Source of the DNA: Macrostomum lignano
Taxonomy: Eukaryota
Direction: 5' to 3'
Length of the DNA stretch: 43,340 nt
NCBI GenBank assembly: GCA_002269645.1
Contig: NIVC01002781.1
Location: forward strand, 1 to 43,340
The position numbers were made by a program, and so were the translations under genes. Below, in pieces: positions 37,526-43,340 of this stretch. The notes beneath the pieces are model-generated. The model was not told the DNA's origin and ran no database searches. It saw nothing but the letters and a program-made list of their open reading frames with translations. Numbering within the stretch: the first letter of the stretch is position 1; every line of letters starts with the position of its first letter.

Positions 37526-38399
37526 GTCTTTTCACACCGACTTCAGACCTTAAAATCCGTCTCGGGTCGGAGATCGCATTCCTTAATCCCCTGGCATTGC
37601 TGCCTAACTCAACAATGCCCCCCCCCACCCTCGCATGAAAAATGGTTATGAATTTCTCAAATTCGTGACCGCCAGCAGAACCTGTGGGATTTTTTTCGGA
37701 TTCGAAAACAATATTGTGAATCGCCGCTGCTATGAGCCCCGGTTGTTGGGAAGCGCAAGTTTAAAAGCGCACCGCCAGCTCAAGGCTTCAGCTAGATCCG
37801 ATGCCAAGCAAAAAGTACAAAAGGTCCTTTGACAAGACTCCGGGGCCAGCGTCGTGCAATTGTCGTTGTACATGCCGGACGATTAGAAAGTCAGAACCGC
37901 TGTGCACCCTGCGTGAGCGTGTTTATGACAGCACGCCTGCGTGCAGTATTGTAGCTTTCCCGCAAATATTCATATTTATTGATTTACATTCAGCTTTAAA
38001 ATTGAAGATAAAATTTTCTAAAACAAGAATTGCTCTGACCCAGCAGAAGTTAAGAGTCGCTATGCTCAAGGCTCTTGTCCTCCTTGGATGAAGCTGCTTT
38101 CAACCGCTTGATCGGCCTTGCGGACAGTTCAATGCCGGATCTGAATAAAACACAGCGCCAGCATCCCGTTTCTGCTGCTGCTGCCTCTAAAAGAAGCAGA
38201 TCATGCAATGAAAGTTGAATGGCGGCCAGAAAAAGTTTGCTGGGTAGGTGAGACAGTAGAGGGTGCAACGAAGGGTGACCGCTGCTGCTGCTGCCGAATG
38301 GCTGACTGCTCAGTCCCGCTTCGAGCAGCTGCGGCGAGCTCTCACCCTGTCACGCCTTCTGAGTGACACCTACAAGGAGCTGTGACTGCCTCATGCCTG

Positions 38400-39320
38400 C
38401 ATTGTGTGTCTTGCTGTGTCTGTCTTGTGTGTCTTGTTGTGTCTGTCTTGTGTGTCCTGTTGTGTCTGTCTTGTGTGTCCTACTGTGTCTGTCTTGTGTG
38501 TCTTACTGTGTCTGTCTTGTGTGTCTTGTTGTGTCTGTCTTGTGTGTCCTACTGTGTCTGTCTTGTGTGTCCTACTGTGTCTGTCTTGTGTGTCTTACTG
38601 TGTCTGTCTTGTGTGTCTTATTGTGTCTGTCTTGTGTGTCTTGTTGTGTCTGTCTTGTGTGTCTTATTGTGTCTGTCTTGTGTGTCTTATTGTGTCTGTC
38701 TTGTGTGTCTTACTGTGTCTGTCTTGTGTGTCTTGTTGTGTCTGTTATGTGTGTCTTACTGTGTCTTTCTTGTGTGTCTTGTTCTGTCTGTCATGTGTGT
38801 CTTGCTGTGTCTGTCTTGCGTGTCTTGCTGTGTCTGTCTTGTGTGTCTTGCTGTGTCTGTCATGTGTGTATTACTGTGTCTGTCTTGTGTGTCTTGTTGT
38901 GTCTGTCTTGTGTGTCTTGTTGTGTCTGTCATGTGTGTCTTGCTGTGTCTGTCTTGCGTGTCTTGCTGTGTCTGTCTTGTGTGTCTTGCTGTGTCTGTCA
39001 TGTGTGTATTACTGTGTCTGTCTTGTGTGTCTTGTTGTGTCTGTCTTGTGTGTCTTGTTGTGTCTGTCATGTGTGTCTTGCTGTGTCTGTCTTGTGTGTC
39101 TTGCTGTGTCTGTCTTGTGTGTCTTGTTGTGTCTGTCTTGTGTGTCTTGCTGTCTCTGCCGTGTGTCCTTGCTGTGTCTGCCATGTGTCCTTGCTGTGTC
39201 TGCCATGTGTCCTTGCTGTCTCTGCCATGTGTCCTTGCTGTGTCTGCCATGTGTCCTTGCTGTCTCTGCCATGTGTCCTTGCTGTCTCTGCCATGTGTCC
39301 TTGCTGTGTCTGTCTTGCTG
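38400..39320. repeat. 23-bp TG-rich minisatellite (CTGTGTCTGTCTTGTGTGTCTTG)
   Basis: Direct observation. Confidence 0.96.
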
Positions 39321-39944
39321 CACTCAAAAAGCGATAAATCCATTCTGATCTTTTCCTTTCTGTCTGCCCGCCTCACCGATTATTTCTACAACCTCTCATT
39401 CCATTGTTCCGCTGTAAAAAAAACTTTTAAAAGTCGCATACACGAGAATCCCGCCCTCCCCTTCTTGTCTTCCATGGCAAAGAAACTCCATTGCGAAACT
39501 GTTGCATAACTTTTGGCCCCGACAAGACCAGCTCTTCCAAGTCTGACACAAAAAAGCGGAACATATGCGACCGACAAGAAAAGTGAGTCGGGAATGAAAG
39601 AACTGAAAAGTTGAGTTTGGCCAGATGGCTCCAAACGCTAAACAGCTAATTGGGTAAGCGGTGACTGCTTGTGGCAGCCGTTCCGTGTCAGAGGGGGGGG
39701 TTAAGCAGGCATGCATGGTCACCCGCCGGGCTGCTTAACAAAATAAGTTTCACGCCTCGGTTCTGCTGGCTTCAGGAGGAGCCTTCGATAGACTCCCAGA
39801 TATGCGTTCGTTGTCTCATTAGTCCTCCAATGCTTTCATAATTTGGTTAAGAAAATTGAATTTTTTAATTGCTAATTGCAGTTTCACTTGGCAAGAGAAT
39901 GCTTGATAAGATAGAGAACTGAGGGGCCACAGCTAAGATAGTGT

Positions 39945-40940
39945 AGATAGATTCAGATAGAATGTAGATAGATGTAGATATACTGTAGATTCGAGATGTA
40001 GATATACTGTAGATAGATTCAGATAGAGTGTAGATATGATAGAGTGTAGATAGATGCAGATAGAGTGTAGATAGATGCAGATAGAGTGTAGATAGATGCA
40101 GATAGAGTGTAGATAGATGCAGATAGGGTGTAGATAGATGCAGATAGAGTGTAGATAGATGCAGATAGAGTGTAGATAGATGCAGATAGAATGTAGATAG
40201 ATGCAGATAGAATGTAGATAGATGCAGATAGAGTGTAGATAGATGCAGATAGAGTGTAGATAGATGCAGATAGAGTGTAGATAGATTCAGATAGAGTGTA
40301 GATAGATTCAGATAGAGTGTAGATAGATTCAGATAGAGTGTAGATAGATGCAGATAGAATGTAGATAGATTCAGATAGAGTGTAGATAGATGTAGATAGA
40401 GTGTAGATAGATGCAGATAGAGTGTAGATAGATTCAGATAGAGTGTAGATAGATTCAGATAGAGTGTAGATAGATGCAGATAGAATGTAGATAGATGTAG
40501 ATAGAGTGTAGATAGATGCAGATAGAGTGTAGATAGATTCAGATAGAGTGTAGATAGATTCAGATAGAGTGTAGATAGATGCAGATAGAATGTAGATAGA
40601 TTCAGATAGAGTGTAGATAGATGTAGATAGAGTGTAGATAGATGCAGATAGAGTGTAGATAGATTCAGATAGAGTGTAGATAGATTCAGATAGAGTGTAG
40701 ATAGATGCAGATAGAATGTAGATAGATGTAGATAGAGTGTAGATAGATGCAGATAGAGTGTAGATAGATTCAGATAGAGTGTAGATAGATTCAGATAGAG
40801 TGTAGATAGATGCAGATAGAGTGTAGATAAATTCAGATAGAATGTAGATAGGTGTAGATATACTGTAGCTAGATTCAGATAGAATGTAGATAGATGTAGA
40901 TAGAGTGTAGATAGATGTAGATAGAGTGTAGATAGATGCA
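39945..40940. repeat. 21-bp minisatellite (AGATAGAGTGTAGATAGATGC)
   Basis: Direct observation. Confidence 0.97.
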
Positions 40941-42864
40941 GAAGGCCCGCAGAGACACAACAGAAAAGAGCCAGTGAGATCAGACAGAGTGAAATGGAAT
41001 GAAGAGATGGATGTTGATGAAGCTGAGGATGGACACGGAAGCTGGACCGGCCGTCCCCAGAGATGACCGGTGAAAAATCAGTTATTATTCGGGGGGAGGA
41101 GAGAGGGGGAACTGCGGTAGTCGGCTAGCAATCTTCCCCAAGTCACGAGAGACAGGGGATGGGGTTAGCGGGGAGAAATCTTCCCTGATTGCCGGTCACG
41201 CATTCGGGAGGAAGAAGCAAAGATGATGATTGTTTTCCAATACCCGCCGTTTGCCTTGGCCGCTAATAGGCTGCCTCAGAGCGGCGAGGGGTGTAATCAG
41301 GTTCTCAGGGACCGCTGAGGGTCTCTAAATCGCCATCGCTCCCTCCTCCACAATTTCATGCCTAGATTTCTCGTTTTCCTTTGAGAAGCAGAAATCGAGA
41401 GACAAAATAGGGGGAGTTGGGTGGTGGAATGAGAGAGAAATTGAAGAATCAGACAAAAATGGATCAATATTGAAGCCCCCAAATGGAAAGCAATTTCTGA
41501 GTGCCAATTTGACCAATAGTTAATGCCGCTTCACTCGTTCCGCCTTCCTTTCCAATTGGAATCTGGCGGCGAACTTCCGAACTCATAATCTTCTCTCTCT
41601 CTGCTCCTGATTGAGGCCGGACAAGGCCTGTTTTAGACAACCTTAACTTCTTCTGTGTCAGGCAGTTCGAGTTCTGAGCACAGCTAGTTGAGCACAAAGG
41701 CGAATTGAGAAAGAGTCTCAGAGATGAAAGACTGCCTCAAGAGAGTCACTTAGCTTGATGAGGCTGCAGGGGGGTATGTGGGATAACCTTCAGGTAGGCA
41801 ACTGCCCGCTCGGATCGTGTGGCTTATCCGACATTTCTTTTTAACACCTCTCCCGCCGCCTCGCTGCTCAAATATAAATTCCTTAAGCTGCCAGGGGAGA
41901 GGAGATTAGCGCCGGACCTGGGGAGCGGCCTAAAATCCCAGATTTATCCCTGTGTGTCCCGCTCTGGTCTCGAGTAGCATCAGTGAGAGTTAATCCGGCG
42001 CTGACGAACGCGGTCGAGCCAAAAAGCCCGGCAATCCATTAGGAGGGCCGCTGCTTTCACTCGCGGATAAAATTTCGCTCATTACACGGCCGCCTTTCAT
42101 TCTTCTTCTGCTTCTAAAGCTTAATCCCGGAGACAGCTGCCCGCCCGGCTGTCTCGGGTTGCCGGCCACCCGTGCGCCGCCGACCCGACCCGCCTTCTCT
42201 CGAGATGTTTTTGCCGCGCGTCTTCTGTTTTAGAAGCAGCAGGAACTGGGGTTCTCAAGCGCCTAAGACAACAGAGAAGCGAATGAGGCGGTTTAACTTG
42301 GCAAACAGAAGAGAATCGCCCAAGTCTCTCTCGCTTTGAAATCTTCAAAAAGCTCTTGCGCGCATATTTGTAAACAAAATTTTTCAATCAATTTCCTGTT
42401 ACGAGCCAGTTGCCATGCAGCTGGAAAATCCTTGAAAGTTAAGCGCGAGAAGAAATGCTTAAGTAGGTGACGTCACGATCTCAGGAATTTTTTCTGAGAA
42501 TTGAAAATTTGTGTTTGGGTGAAAATGAGCAAACACGCACAACACTCACACTCTGAGAATCTGTTGACTATGCGAGCACTTCAAATCTGACTGGAGTTTG
42601 GATTTAACATCTGCGCTGAAGGCTTCTATTATAGTGTACACAATATGGAACGCCCGCCGCCAACACCGCTGAGTCGCGGAAGCAGACAGAAGCAGGCAGA
42701 CACCTGTTCTATAAAAGTGATTAACATTCAAGTTCCCTGCCTTGGCTTGGAGCTAAGAAAGAGCTTCGCATATTGAAGTATCTGTCTGGCTTTTGTCAAG
42801 CTATTTTCTCAAAATACTAATAAGCTGCCGTTCGGCTTTTACTGCATCCTGTGTGCCTAGAAGT

Positions 42865-43340
42865 GACTAGAATGAACTAGAGTGACTAGGGTGATGAGAG
42901 TGACGGAAGGGATTGGGAGTGATTGGGAGTGCCTAGGAGTAACTAGGAAGGACTAGGAAAGACTAGAATCGACTAGGAGTGACTAGAACCGACTAGGAGT
43001 GACTAAACTGGACTAGGAGTGACTAAACCGACTAGGAGTGACTATAGAACCGATAGGGTACTAGAACCGACTAGGAGTGATTAGAACGATTAGAGAGACT
43101 AGAACCGACTAGAAGTGACTAGAACCGACTAGGAGTGACTAGAACCGACTAGGAGTGACTAGAACTGACTAGGTGACTAGAACCGACTAGGAGTGACTAG
43201 AACCGACTAGGAGTGACTAGAACCGACTAGGAGTGACTAGAACCGATTAGGAGACTGAACCGCTAGAAGGCTAGACCGACTAGGAGTGACTAGAACCGAC
43301 TAGGAGTGACTAGAACGACTAGGAGTGATTAGAACCGATT
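42865..43340. repeat. 20-bp minisatellite (GACTAGAACCGACTAGGAGT), running off the window end
   Basis: Direct observation. Confidence 0.95.

Noticed and set aside
38363-40960. Cys-rich and IYTLS ORFs of 200-375 aa
   Set aside because: Translations of the 23-bp and 21-bp minisatellites.

Overview
Eukaryotic (metazoan) genomic DNA, not prokaryotic. The GC-rich exons, poly-Q/A/P tracts and minisatellite-filled introns resemble a flatworm such as Macrostomum, but that is inference only. Two kinds of coding sequence are present. (1) A complete two-exon Six3/6 (optix-type) homeobox gene on the + strand, join(24201..24934,34251..35049), about 510 aa, with a 9.3 kb intron. (2) Three tandem caspase-fold (p20+p10) modules at 261-5716 on the + strand. 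All three lack the catalytic His/Cys dyad. Modules 1 and 2 are interrupted by about nine inferred single-base (-1) frameshifts, mostly at homopolymer runs, and module 1 is essentially invisible in the ORF track. The Six3/6 intron holds a 1275-bp non-autonomous hAT-type element (14-bp TIRs, 8-bp TSD) inserted into a 21-bp minisatellite. About 29 unrelated micro/minisatellite arrays make up roughly 45% of the window (hand estimate) and explain nearly all long ORFs in the track. Several arrays around Six3/6 are built on recognisable transcription-factor motifs. All alignments and counts were done by eye.
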